A DNA stretch of 64,000 nucleotides, from assembly GCA_963840805.1 (NCBI GenBank), contig CAWJAJ010000016.1:290609-354608 (forward strand), given 5' to 3'. The notes beneath the pieces are model-generated. The model saw only the letters and a list, made by a program, of their open reading frames with translations, had not been told where the DNA came from and did not search any database. This DNA is from an uncultured beta proteobacterium (GTDB lineage: Bacteria; Pseudomonadota; Gammaproteobacteria; Burkholderiales; Burkholderiaceae_C). Shown here in pieces: positions 1-10,939 of this stretch; the first letter of the stretch is position 1; each line of letters begins with the position of its first letter. Both the position numbers and the translations under genes were made by a program.

Positions 1-290
1 GCAAGGCCGTACGCGAGGAACTGACGGGCTCGACGATCACGATCACCAGCCTGGGCCGGCTCGGCGGCATCGTCTCGACGCCGGTCATCAACCACCCCGA
101 GGTGGCGATCGTCGGCGTCAACCGCATCGCACTGCGGCCGGTGATGCGCGATGGCGCGGTCGTCGCGCGGCAGATGATGAACCTGTCGTCGTCGTTCGAC
201 CACCGCGTCGTCGATGGCGCGCACGCGGCGGCCTTCGTGCAGGCGCTGCGCGATCATCTCGAGCACCCGGCAACGCTGTTCATCGAGTAG
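1..290 (+). CDS. 2-oxoacid dehydrogenase E2 (dihydrolipoamide acyltransferase), C-terminal end; 5' end lies outside the window
   Basis: Frame is open from the window edge. Translation ...TITSLGRLGGIVSTPVINHPEVAIVGVNRI...SFDHRVVDGAHAAAF... carries the E2 catalytic DHRxxDG motif. Stop TAG at 288-290. Confidence 0.85.
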   Translation, partial: KAVREELTGSTITITSLGRLGGIVSTPVINHPEVAIVGVNRIALRPVMRDGAVVARQMMNLSSSFDHRVVDGAHAAAFVQALRDHLEHPATLFIE

Positions 291-312
291 CCGCGAGCGC
301 CGGCGGCCAGCG

Positions 313-2094
313 CTACATCGACAGCGATCCTTCGCGGAACGCCGTCTTGTCGAGCCAGACGTTGACCAGCACGGCCTTGCCGCTGCGTGCCAGCGTGCGT
401 GCTCGCGCCAGTGCGGCGGGCATCTCGGCCATGCGCGTCACCAGCAGCCCCTCGGCGCCGAAACCGGCCGCGACCGCGTGGTATGCCGTGCGCGCGAGCA
501 CGGTGGCGACGTCGTCGTGCAGCATCTTCACCTGCTCGCGCGCGATCTGCGTCCAGCCGGCGTCGTTGCCGACCACGCGCGATGACCGGGATGCCATGGC
601 GCACGAAGGTGTCGAACTCGGCCAGGCTCTAGCCGCAGGCGCCGTCGCCGAAGACGATCCAGACCTCGCGGCCCGGGTGCGCCAATGCGGCGCCGAGCGC
701 GAAACCCGCGCCGACGCCCAGCGTGCCGAAAGCGCCGGGATCGAGCCAGCTGAGTGGCGCGCGCGGATGCAGCACATAGGCGGCGGTGGCGACGAAATCG
801 CCGCCATCGGCGACCAGCAGTGCGTCGGCGGCGGCCTCGCGCTCGACGGCGCGCAACAACGCGATCGGGTTCACGAATTCGCCGTGCTCTGCGGCCTGGC
901 GGTCGATCTCGGCTTCGCGCTCGGCGTCGCGCGCTCGCAATTGCGTGGTCCAGGCGGCCCAGCGCGAGGCGGCGTCCGCCGCCGGCGGTGCGGCGTCGGC
1001 CAGCGCCCGCAGGAACCGGCCCGCGTCGCCGATGGCGGCGATATCGGGCCGGCGGTTCAGGCGCGCGTCCTTGGCGCTGCGATTGGCGGCGATCAGCGTC
1101 GCGCTGCGGCGCACATGCTTGCCGTAGTCGAGCCGGAAGTCGCACGGCACGCCGGCCAGCAGCACGCAATCGGCCTCGCGCAGTGCCTGGCGCCGCTGGT
1201 GCCGCATCTGCAGCGGATGCTCGCGCCCGAGCAGGCCGCGCGCCATGCCCGACAGGTACACCGGGATGCCGAGCCGCGCGACGGCGTCGGCCAGCGCCGC
1301 GGCTTCGGCGGCCTCGGCCAGCGCCTGGCTGCCGATCACCAGCAGCGGCCGCTCGGCGCGGCCGCAGCGCGGCCCGGGCTGCCTGCACGCGCGCGCCGCG
1401 GCCGCGCGCGGCGCATCGACCGCCGGCTACCAGCGGCGCGGCGGGCGCGTGGCTGCCCGCGAACATCCGGTTCGACGTGGCGGTTCAGGTACCAGCGCAG
1501 CGCCCGATCGGCCAGCGCATGTGCCCTTGCCGGCGGCGTCGGCGTACCACTGCCGGATCGATCGCCTCGTCGTAGAGCAGATCGACCGGGCACTCGATGA
1601 ACACCGGGCCCGGCACGCCGGCCTGCGCCAGCGCGAACGCCGCGTCGACCGCCGGGCCGAGATCGCGCACGCGGCGGATCTTCATGAAGCGCTTGACATG
1701 CGGCGCCACCAGCGGGCGCTGGTCGATGTCCTGCAGCGCGCCGCGGCCTTGCAGCGCGGTGGGTGCGGCGCCGCCGAGCAGCATCAGCGGCGACTGCGCC
1801 AGCTGCGCGTTCTTCAGCGCGGTGATGGTGTTGGTGATGCCGGGGCCGGCGGTGACGGCGGCCACGCCCGGCACGCCGGTGAGCCGCGCGGTGGCATCGG
1901 CGGCGAACACCGCGGTGGCCTCGTCGCGCACATCGACGATGCGCATGCCCGCGCGCCTTGGCGGCACTGAGGATCGGCGAGATGTGGCCGCCGCAGAGCG
2001 TGAAGACGCAGCGCACGCCATGCGCCTGCAGCGCCTCGGCGATGCGGTCGCCGCCGTGGCGCGGCCGGCGGCGCCGGCGTCCGCTCAGGCCCAC
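313..2094 (-). pseudogene. Thiamine-pyrophosphate enzyme (acetolactate synthase / oxalyl-CoA decarboxylase-like), multiply frame-disrupted as assembled
   Basis: N-terminal TPP domain ([36 protein letters not shown]), middle domain ([10 protein letters not shown]...GIPVYLSGMARG) and the C-terminal GDGACG...VVGND TPP motif lie in different minus-strand frames (ORFs 1485-2021, 629-1339, 313-807). Start (GTG ~2094) is uncertain. Confidence 0.7.
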
Positions 2095-3771
2095 AGCACC
2101 GATCCGCGCGCGGCGTACCAATCCTGCACCTGCGGCGCGACGGCGCCTTCGATGCGGCTGCGCCGGATCTTCATCGTCGGCGTCAGGCAGCCGTTCTCGA
2201 TCGACCAGGGCTCGCGCGCCACCACGATCATGCGCAGCCGTTCGTAGTCGGGCCGCTGGCCGTTCACCTCCTGCAGCAGATGCTCGAGTTCGCCCTGCAC
2301 CTGCGCGCGCACGGCCGCATCGCCGACGCGCGGGCGCAGGCTTTCGGCCAGCACGACGATGGCGTAGGCCGACGGCTGGCCGACGCCGGAGACCATCGAC
2401 AGCTCGACCATCGGATGGGCGTTGAGTTCGTTCTCGATCGGCGCCGGCGCGACGTACTTGCCTTTGGCGGTCTTGAACAGTTCCTTGGCGCGGCCGGTGA
2501 TCTTCAGCAGCCCGTCGGGCCTGCGCTCGCCGAGGTCGCCGGTGCGGAAGAAGCCGTCGTCGGTGAACGACGGCGGCCGTCAGTTCCGGCTGCTTGTAGT
2601 AGCCGCTGAACTGCCCCGGCGACTTGATCAGGATCTCGCCGCTCTCGCTGAGGCGCACCTGCACGCCGGGCAGCGGCACGCCGACATAGCCCGGCGCGTT
2701 GAACTGGTCGTTGGAGGTGTGCGAGTACGAGCTGTCCTCGGTCATGCCATAGCCCTCGAACAGCTTCAGCCCGAGGCGGCGGTACCAGGCGATCAGCTCG
2801 GCCGGGATCGGCGCCGAGCCGCTGCCGGCCAGTTGCACCTGGTCCAGCCCCAGGCCCTTGAGCACCTTGCGCGCGACGATGCGCCCGAGCGATCGGGATG
2901 CCCAGCAGCCGGTCGAGCTTGGCCGGCGGCATCTTGGCGAACACGCCCTGCTGGAACTTCAGCCACAGCCGCGGCACCGAGATGAACAGCGTCGGGCGCG
3001 CGCGCTGCAGGTCCTGCAGGAAGGTGTCGAGCGATTCGGCGAAGAACACGTGCATGCGCGCCGTCGACCAGCGACGCCGCCTCGACCCACGAGCGCTCGA
3101 AGCTGTGCGCCAGCGGCAGGTACGACAGCATGCGGCAGCTCTGCACGCTGCCCAGATGCGCGCTGCTGGTAGCCGACGATGCCCTCGCCGGCGCGCGTGA
3201 AGGCGCCGAAGCTCACCATCACGCCCTTGGGCTGGCCGGTCGAGCCGGAGGTGTAGATCAGCATCGCCAGTTCGTCGGCGCCGCGGCTGGCGCGGCCGGC
3301 GAGCGGCGGCGTGCGCGCGACGATCGCGTCCCAGGTCTCGAACATCGGTGCGCGGCGCGAGCGGCAAGGCGATGCGCGGCAGGCCGGCCGGCACGCCCGG
3401 CTGCCTGCTGCGCCCAGTTGTCGAGCTTGCCGACGAACAGCAGGCTGGCCTCGCTGTGCTGCAGCACGAAGCGCACCGTCTCGGCCGTCTCGGTCGGGAA
3501 GATCGCCACCGTGGTGTAGCCGGCCATCCAGATCGCCAGCTCGGCCATGAAGAAGTGGGCGCAGTTCTTCGACAGGATCGCGATGCGCGCACCGCGCTCG
3601 AAGCCGCGGCCCTGCAGGTGCGCCGCCATGCGGCTGCGCCTGGTCGAGCACCTGCGCCCAGGTGTAGTCGACGACCTGCCCGCCGCCCACCGGCTGCGTC
3701 AGGAAGACCTGGTCCGGCTGCGCAGCGGCGTGGTCGTGGATGTAGTCGAGGATCAGCTTCGGTGCGGGCAT
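2085..3771 (-). pseudogene. AMP-dependent acyl-CoA synthetase/ligase (long-chain-fatty-acid-CoA-ligase-like), multiply frame-disrupted as assembled
   Basis: ATG at 3771 (MPAPKLILDYIHDH...). AMP-binding motifs IYTSGSTGQPKGV and EGYGMTE, and the C-terminal KIRRSRIEG, are spread over at least 6 minus-strand frame segments. Stop at 2085. Confidence 0.8.
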
Positions 3772-4406
3772 CGTTTCCTTCTCGGCGCAGGCACGCCACG
3801 CGGCGCGGCTGCCCACTGTGCGGGTCGGACGCGCTGCCGTCACACGGGGTTTTCCTTGGGGGCAACGGCGCGTGCCGGCTCGGCTTCGGTAGCGCACCGC
3901 ACCAGTCACGAGGCATTGCTCGTGCGGGACGCCGGAGCAGCCGACGGCAGCCGACCCGTCTTGTGAGTTCGACTCCACCTCAGCGAACGTCGGCGAAGTC
4001 ACCTCGAGCGGACCGCTTCAGACTGATCCCGGCCACTCGTGATCAATGGCCCGGACAGCGGCTGTCGCAATCACCCGTCGATCGAGGACGTCGGCCTCGA
4101 TCGACGGCTGCACCTTCGTCACCGGTCACTCGACCGTGGCCGGCCGGGTGGAGGTTCGCGAATGACTCCTTGCGCCCGCGGTGATCGGCTGTACCCGACC
4201 CTGAGCCGACGTCCGCTGCCCTGAAATCGGCGCCCTACAGCGGTCGGTCGGACCTGCATCGTCGCGGACAGGGGTGCGGCACCAGTTGGAGCCGGAACGG
4301 GCTACCCTTGCGCGCTGGCCCGGGACCACTTGCCTGGGCGCCCACGGCGCTGCGTCAAACGCCCGTTTTGGCGCACCCCACGTCCAGGTGCGGGTCGCGC
4401 CGCTGT

Positions 4407-4775
4407 TCAGGCCTTCACTTCGACCACCTGTTCGAAGCCGCCAAAGATCATGCGCTTGCCGTCGAAGGGCATGGGCGGATTGCCGGGTGTGGACGGGTCC
4501 ATGCGCGGGTCTTCCACCATCTTCTTCATGGCGGCGTCGCGCGTGGCCTTGTCCGGCCATTCGACCCACGCAAAGGCCACCGTTTCCTCGGCCGTGGCCT
4601 GGACCGCGCGGCGGAAATCGGTGACTTTGCCGTCGGGGACATCGTCGCCCCATCCCTCGATCACACGGATCGCGCCCAACTCGATGAATAGCGGGTCGAA
4701 ATGACGCGCGTGCTCGATGAACTTCTGCTTGTTGGCGGTGGGAACCGCGATCACGAAACCGTCGATGTAGGACAT
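4407..4775 (-). CDS. DUF1428 family protein
   Basis: 122 aa, MSYIDGFVIAVPTANKQKFIEHARHFDPLFIELGA...; typical DUF1428 N-terminus and length. ATG at 4775. Confidence 0.75.
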   Translation of the reverse strand: MSYIDGFVIAVPTANKQKFIEHARHFDPLFIELGAIRVIEGWGDDVPDGKVTDFRRAVQATAEETVAFAWVEWPDKATRDAAMKKMVEDPRMDPSTPGNPPMPFDGKRMIFGGFEQVVEVKA

Positions 4776-5165
4776 GCCTTGACTCCTGTTGGGTTGACCG
4801 GTCGACGCACCCGCCTGAGTGCGCCTCGTACCTCGACGACGAACGGAAGTAAGCCGATTCGACATTGTCTGCCCGGTGCGCGAGCGCGCGTCCTGTGGCG
4901 GCGCTGGCTCGCCCGAGCCTGCCTTTCGACAACATCCGCTGCTGGCCGACTGTGACCATGCTTGGATGGTCCATTTGCCACAACACAACGGCAACGTCTG
5001 CTGACCGGCTTGCAGGCCGCAACCCCAAGGCACTGCCCTCCGATCGCCGCGCCCTTGGTCGACCGATCATCACGCATTCAGACGGCAGATCGCGTCCTAC
5101 AGGGTCAACGTGTCCAGCGGCGAGGCTCAGGCACTGCCACGCCTCCTTGCCCGCAGGCCGAGTCG

Positions 5166-5591
5166 TCAGCCCTGCATCTGCAAGAGGATGGTGCGCTCGA
5201 GGCCCGCGTAGCGATGGACCAGTGCCTCGCGATACGCGGCGTCGGCCATCATCGCGAGGAAGTGCTGGCGGCTCGGGTAGCGGACCAGCAGGCACTTGTC
5301 CCAGTCCTGGCTGGCATCGCCGATGAAGGGTCTGTCGATCTTCCCTTCCCACACCACCTCGGCACGGCTCACGTCGCCCACGGTTTCCACGAATGCCGTC
5401 TGGTACCTGCGGTAGGCCTCGGCACCCGAGCAGGGCGGATGGGGAGACCCTGCGGGGTAGTTCGCTTGCTCGCGGAATTTCAGAAGATTGAGCATCACCA
5501 CCGGGCCGTCGGGGCCGGCATCACGCAACGCGCGCACCTGATCGGCCGTGGGGTCGATGGACGGATCGAAATTAGCGGGACGGAAGGTCAT
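5166..5591 (-). CDS. DUF1330 domain protein
   Basis: MTFRPANFDPSIDPTADQVRALRDAGPDGPVVMLNLLKFRE...; DUF1330-like. Internal ATG at 5591 chosen over the upstream start of the ORF track. Confidence 0.7.
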   Translation of the reverse strand: MTFRPANFDPSIDPTADQVRALRDAGPDGPVVMLNLLKFREQANYPAGSPHPPCSGAEAYRRYQTAFVETVGDVSRAEVVWEGKIDRPFIGDASQDWDKCLLVRYPSRQHFLAMMADAAYREALVHRYAGLERTILLQMQG

Positions 5592-5714
5592 GGGTTCGGC
5601 CCTTTCTGATGCCGCGCGGTGCATGCGCGAACCGCATTGTCGGCGCGGGCAGGATTGCAGCGATGCAAGAGAGGCCGCCCTTCAGCCTTCTATGGACCGA
5701 CGTACGGGCGGCCC

Positions 5715-5822
5715 TCAGCGTGCCTCGATCAGATCGCCGTACTGACGCGTGCCCAAGTGCGGCGAATCGTGAATGCGGCTCGGGAATAGGAAGTCGTCGG
5801 ACTTCAGCCCCGCGAGCTTGAT
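5715..5822 (-). pseudogene. Remnant (~35 codons) of a tyrosine recombinase/integrase
   Basis: The minus-frame translation IKLAGLKSDDFLFPSRIHDSPHLGTRQYGDLIEAR* resembles the mid-region of phage/ICE-type integrases (..FLFPSR....HLGTRQY..). It is bounded by stops on both sides and no catalytic C-terminus is present. Confidence 0.5.
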
Positions 5823-5828
5823 TCACGA

Positions 5829-6479
5829 TCACCCGGCTGCATCCGCCTCTATGGCCTTCATGACGAGATCGGCCATCGCCGCGGCCTCGTCGCAAGTCTC
5901 CTTGTGCAGCCCTCGAACCGTGCCGAGCCTGTCCTGCATCGCTTCGTCCTGGCTGGCCTTGAGCTTGCCTTCCAGTCGATCGATCGGTATCTCGATGCCG
6001 ACGATGGCGCGCATCAGCTTGTCGATGAACAACGAAGGCGCGTCGCCGACGGACCACGGCACCGACCGACGAGCCTCGTGAACGTCGGTGAGTCGGTTCA
6101 GCATGTCGAGCATCCAATCGCGGTCCTCGATCGCGCGCGCAACACCATGTGCGTGCGCCACCATGTAGTTCCAGGTGGGAACGACCTGGCCGTGCTCCGC
6201 CTTGCTCGGGTACCAGCCTGGAGTGATGTAGGCCTGCGGCCCCTGGAACATCACCACAGACGAAGTTGCCGCGCCGAGTTCGCGCCAGACGGTGTTGGCT
6301 CGAGAGACGTGCCCGATCAACGTGCCGAGAGGTCCCCGGCTGCGATCCAGAAGAAAGGGCACATGGTTCGCGATGAGACCCTCGCGGCCGTGGCACACCC
6401 AAGCGCCCAGCGGGTGGTGCGCCATCAGCGAGTTGAGGGCCTCGCGATCCGTGAGTTGGTGCAACGGGTTCACGTACAT
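5829..6479 (-). CDS. FMN-binding negative transcriptional regulator (PaiB family)
   Basis: MYVNPLHQLTDREALNSLMAHHPLGAWV...NHVPFLLD...WYPSK...VPTWNY; PaiB-like over the full length. Confidence 0.8.
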   Translation of the reverse strand: MYVNPLHQLTDREALNSLMAHHPLGAWVCHGREGLIANHVPFLLDRSRGPLGTLIGHVSRANTVWRELGAATSSVVMFQGPQAYITPGWYPSKAEHGQVVPTWNYMVAHAHGVARAIEDRDWMLDMLNRLTDVHEARRSVPWSVGDAPSLFIDKLMRAIVGIEIPIDRLEGKLKASQDEAMQDRLGTVRGLHKETCDEAAAMADLVMKAIEADAAG

Positions 6480-6489
6480 GAAGGGCGCC

Positions 6490-7137
6490 TCAGATTCCAA
6501 CGAGAGCGTGACGCACCAGCAGCGCCGACAGCACGAACATGGTCACGCCAATCAGGCCGTCCAGCACCTGCCAGGCCCTTGGCCGGCCAAACCAGGGCGC
6601 CAGCCAACGAGCCCCAAATCCGAGCAGCGCAAACCAGAACAGGCTGGCACTGCTGGCCCCTGCAATGAACCAGCCGCGGAGCGCCGCCGGTTGCTGAGCG
6701 CCGATGCTGCCCACCAACAGCACGGTGTCCAGGTAGACATGGGGATTGAGCAGCGTGAAGGCGGCTGCCTGCGCCACCGCCGCACTCCGTCTCAGACCCG
6801 CACCGCCCTCGGCCGCATTCAGTTGATGCGCCTGCCGCGCGCGGCGCAGGGCCTGCCATCCATACACCGCCAGGAAGAGGGCACCGGCCAATGCCAGTGC
6901 CCGCGCCAGGCCAGGGCTCTGCCCCAGGGCCTGGGCCATGCCCAGGACACCCGCCGCGATGAGGACGGCGTCTGCCACCGCGCAGAACAGCACCACGCTG
7001 CCCACATGCTCACGGTGCAGGCCCTGGCGCAGTACGAATGCGTTCTGCGCGCCGATGGCCACGATGAGTCCGAGGCTCAAGGCCAGGCCTTGGACGAAGA
7101 CCGGGAAGGCGAGCGCAGCGGTTGCTGTCAGGGTCAT
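6490..7137 (-). CDS. argO: LysE/ArgO family basic amino acid exporter
   Basis: Multi-TM protein, FVQGLALSLGLIVAIGAQNAFVLRQG..., LysE family. Divergent from a LysR/ArgP gene, as in argO-argP pairs. Confidence 0.75.
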   Translation of the reverse strand: MTLTATAALAFPVFVQGLALSLGLIVAIGAQNAFVLRQGLHREHVGSVVLFCAVADAVLIAAGVLGMAQALGQSPGLARALALAGALFLAVYGWQALRRARQAHQLNAAEGGAGLRRSAAVAQAAAFTLLNPHVYLDTVLLVGSIGAQQPAALRGWFIAGASSASLFWFALLGFGARWLAPWFGRPRAWQVLDGLIGVTMFVLSALLVRHALVGI

Positions 7138-7212
7138 GGTGCGCCGAGCTTGCCAGCCTCGGCGCATGAAGACAAACTAAACTGACTAAGGTCGATGAAG
7201 TACAACTAAATC

Positions 7213-7865
7213 ATGCTGGACTACGCTGCGCTCTCCGCTCTGGCTGCGGTCATTCGAGAGGGCAGTTTCGAGCGCGCGGCTATCGCGCTTCATGTGACGC
7301 CTTCGGCTGTGTCTCAGCGTATTCGCTCGCTGGAAGAGCGGGTGGGCTGCGCGCTGGTGGTGCGTGGTCAGCCCTGCTGCGCAGTGGAGCAGTGATTGCC
7401 GCCGTGACCGGCACAGGCCGTCCTGCCGCTGGCTGCAACAGCCGACCGTTGGGCGCCATGCGCTATCTCGCGGCCGCCAGCCCGGTCTTCGTGGCGCGCC
7501 ATTTCGCCAGCGGCATCGGTGCGGGCAGCCTGGCGCGAGCGCCCAGCCTGGTCTTCAACACGAAGGACGATTTGCAGGCCCGCTGGGTGCGGCGCCTGTG
7601 CCACAGAGATGTGGAACTGCCTCGGCATACTGTTCCCTCACCCCATGCGTTCGTAACCGCAGCCATGGCCGGCATGGGTTGGGGCCTGCAACCTCAGGCG
7701 CTGATCGCTTCTCACCTGCATGACGGCTCGTTGGTCGAGCTGGTGCCCGATAGCCCACTGGACGTGTCACTGTACTGGCAGCACGCGCGCGCCGCGTCAA
7801 CGTTGCTCGATGGGCTGAGCCGCGAGGTTCTGGCTGCCGCCGCTCGTGCCCTGTTGCCCCCATGA
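7213..7865 (+). pseudogene. argP: LysR-type regulator ArgP/IciA with a ~80-codon internal deletion plus a frame change
   Basis: The N-terminal HTH (MLDYAALSALAAVIREGSFERAAIALHVTPSAVSQRIRSLE) joins directly, out of frame at ~7375, to LRSGAVIAAVTG...PLGAMRYLAAASPVFVARHF. Total is ~217 codons versus ~297 in E. coli ArgP. Confidence 0.75.
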
Positions 7866-8192
7866 CTCGCGTTCGGCCGAGTGCTTGTGCTCGGTGTCGG
7901 GCGCTGTCTGCTTGTGGAAGTTGACGACTGATCCGAACGACCGGTATCGCTGGTCTGGAGCGGCAGCAGTGGGTCGGCAGTTGCCAGCCGACCCACGCGG
8001 CCACGGGTCGTCTCTCGGCGAGTGCGCCGACCTTCATCTCGCGCGTCGACGGTGACTCGATGGCCGGCACGGCCGGCCAACGCTCCGACCGCCGCGAACA
8101 CCGCACCGCAGCTCGACGGGATCGACGCCGCGCGCTCCCGCCGAACGACGTCGCGCGAGGCGGCTGTCCGGTCGATCGGACGCCGCCCCGTC

Positions 8193-9355
8193 TCAGGCGG
8201 CTGCGCGCGCCGACACCTTGGTGCCGAGGATGCGCGCGAGCGCGCGATCCAGGTTGGCCAGCGTGCGGTCGGGGTGGTGCAGCTTGTCGAGGCCGAACAG
8301 GCCGAGGCGGAAGGTCTTGAAGTCGGGCCCCTCGTCGCATTGCAGCGGCACGCCCGCGGCCGATCTGCAGGCCTTCGGCGAGGAAGGCCTTGCCGCTGTG
8401 CAGGCCGTCGTCGTCGGTGTAGCTGACGACGACGCCGGGCGCCTGGAAGCCCTCGGCGGCCACGCTGCGCGAAGCCCTTGGCGGTCGAGCAGCGCGCGCA
8501 CGCGGCGCCCGAGCTTCGATCTGCTCGGCGCGCAGCTTGTCGAAGCCGTAGTGCGCGCGTCTCCAGCATCACGTCGCGCGTGCGCGTCAGCGCGTCGGTC
8601 GGCAGCGTCGCGTGGTAGGCGTGGCCGCCGCCTTCGTAGGTTTCCATGATCTGCAGCCACTTCTTCAGGTCGGCGGCGAAGCTGGTGCTGGTGGTGCCGT
8701 CGATGCGCGCGCGCGCGCGCTCGCCGAGCATCACGAAGGCGCAGCAGGGCGAGCCGCTCCAGCCCTTCTGCGGCGCGCTCACCAGCACGTCGACGCCGGT
8801 GGCCTGCATGTCGACCCACATCGCGCCGGAGGCGATGCAGTCGAGCACGAACAGGCCGCCCACCTCGTGCACGGCGTCGGCCACCGCGCGCAGGTAGGCG
8901 TCGGGCAGCATCATGCCGGCCGCGGTTTCGACGTGCGGCGCAAACACCAGCGCGGGCCGCTGCGCGCGGATCGTGGCAACGACCTCCTCGATCGGCGCCG
9001 GCGCGAACGCGGCCTGGCGGCCCGGCGCGACGCGGCGCGCCTTCAGCACGGTGTGCTCCGACGGGATGCTGCCCCATCTCGAAGATCTGCGTCCAGCGGT
9101 AGCTGAACCAGCCGTTGCGGATCACCAGCGCCTTGCGGCCGGTGGCGAACTGGCGCGCCACCGCTTCCATGCCGAAGGTGCCGCTGCCCGGCACGACGAT
9201 CGCCGAGCGCGCGTGATAGACCTCCTTCAGCACGCCCGAGATGTCGCGCATGACCGCTGGAACTTCTGCGACATGTGGTTCAGCGCGCGGTCGGTGTAGA
9301 CCACCGAGTACTCGAGCAGGCCGTCGGGATCGGGTTCGGGCAGCAGGCCGGGCAT
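8193..9355 (-). pseudogene. Class V aminotransferase (PLP-dependent), multiply frame-disrupted as assembled
   Basis: ATG at 9355 (MPGLLPEPDPDGLLEYSVVY). The segments GSGTFGMEAVARQF, VLVSAPQKGWSG (PLP lysine), GVVVSYTDDDGLHSGKAF and FRLGLFGLDKL lie in at least 4 different minus-strand frames. Confidence 0.75.
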
Positions 9356-9439
9356 GTGTTTTCCTTCGCGGCAGTGGGATCATTACCTGCGCGGATTATC
9401 GCCGCGCACCCTCGTGCCGGCCGGCACGGGGGGATTGCG

Positions 9440-10186
9440 TCAGGCGGCGGCCGGTGCCGGCGCGTGCGCGCCGCCGAGGAACAGGCGCTCGATGTTCGGA
9501 TCGGCGAGCAGCTCGTCGGCGCGCTTGTGCAGCACCAGGCGGCCCGATTCGAGCGCGATCGCCTCGTCGGCCATCTTCAGCGCGCTCTTCACGTTCTGCT
9601 CGACCATCAGCACCGTCGTGCCGGCGTCGGCCAGCTTGCGCAGCAGGCGGAACACGTCCTGCACGACCAGCGGCGACAGGCCGATCGACGGCTCGTCGAT
9701 CAGCAGCACCTTGGGCCGCAGCAGCAGCGCGCGGCCGACCTCGAGCTGCTTCTGCTCGCCGCCCGACAGCGTCGACGCCGCGCTGTGCAGGCGCTCCTTG
9801 ACGCGCGGGAACAGCTCGAGCATCTCCGGGATGCGCTCGTGCGTGGTCTTCATGCCCAGCGTGATGCCGCCGAGCTCGAGGTTCTCGATCACGGACAGCT
9901 GGCCGAACAGGTTGCGCCCCTGCGGCACGAAGGCGATGCCGTGCTGCGTCAGCAGCTCCTTGGCGCTCGCGCCGGTGATGTCCTGGCCCTCGAGCGGATG
10001 TGGCCCTGGCGCACCTTGAGCAGGCCGAACAGCGTCTTCAGCACCGTGGTCTTGCCCGCGCCGTTGGGGCCGAGCAGCAGCGTGATCTTGCCGTGCTTGG
10101 CCTTGAAGCTCAGGTTGTTCAGGATCATGAACTCGCCGTAGCCGGCGACCACGTCGTCGAACTCGATCGCGATGGTGTCGGCTCAT
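9440..10186 (-). pseudogene. Branched-chain-amino-acid-type ABC transporter ATP-binding protein (LivF-like), frame-disrupted
   Basis: Walker A GPNGAGKTT (ORF 9949-10152) and signature LSGGEQKQL / Walker B LLIDEP (ORF 9440-10186) are in different frames. There is a further shift right after the ATG. Confidence 0.8.
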
Positions 10187-10190
10187 GGCA

Positions 10191-10939
10191 TCAGTTCCCC
10201 AGGTAGGCGTCGAGCACCTGCTTGTTGGCGCGGATCTCGGCCGGCGTGCCGATGGCCATCACCTGGCCCTCGACCATCACCAGGATGCGGTGGCACAGGT
10301 CCATCACGAAGTCCATGTTGTGCTCGATGACGACGAAGCTGCCGCCTTGCGCGTCTTGTTCAGCTCCATCAGCAGCGCGCTGATGCCGCCGACCAGGCTC
10401 GGGTTGACGCCGGCGCAGGGCTCGTCGAGCAGCACCAGGCCGGGCTCGCTCATGAACGCCATCGCGATGTCGATCAGCTTCTGCTGGCCGTAGCTCAGCT
10501 CGCCGGCCTTCTTGTCGGCGACATGGCGGATGCGGAACTGCTCGATCAGCGCGTCGGCCTTCGCGCCGAGCCCCGAGTCGCCGGGCGCGAACATGCGGCT
10601 CCACATCGTGCCCTTGTACTCCTGCGCCGCGACGATCAGGTTGTCGCGCACCGACATCTTGCCGAACACCTGCAGCGTCTGGAACGTGCGGCCGACGCCG
10701 CGCTGGTTGAGCTGCAGCGGGCACATGCCGGTGATGTCCTCGCCGTTCAGCTCGATGCTGCCGGCGTCGGGCTTGATCTGGCCGAGCACGCTGTTGAACA
10801 GCGTCGTCTTGCCCGAGCCGTTGGGGCCGATGACGCCGAAGATCTCGCCCGGCATGACCTCGAAGGACACGCCGTCGACGGCCTGGATCGCGCCGTAGGC
10901 CTTCTTCAGGTCGGTGACCTCGAGCAGGGGGCTGGTCAT
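10191..10939 (-). pseudogene. ABC transporter ATP-binding protein (LivG-like), one frame shift near 10330
   Basis: MTSPLLEVTDLKKAYG..GPNGSGKTT..LSYGQQKL..LLDEP, then the reading switches frame to ..FVVIEHNMDFVMDLCHRILVMVEGQV..AYLGN*. Confidence 0.8.

Noticed and set aside
3960-3990. tRNA-like T-loop (GAGTTCGACTCCAC) that could mark an integration site
   Set aside because: The flanks cannot form a T-stem (GTGAG versus CCACC), an acceptor stem or an anticodon arm. This is probably a chance match.
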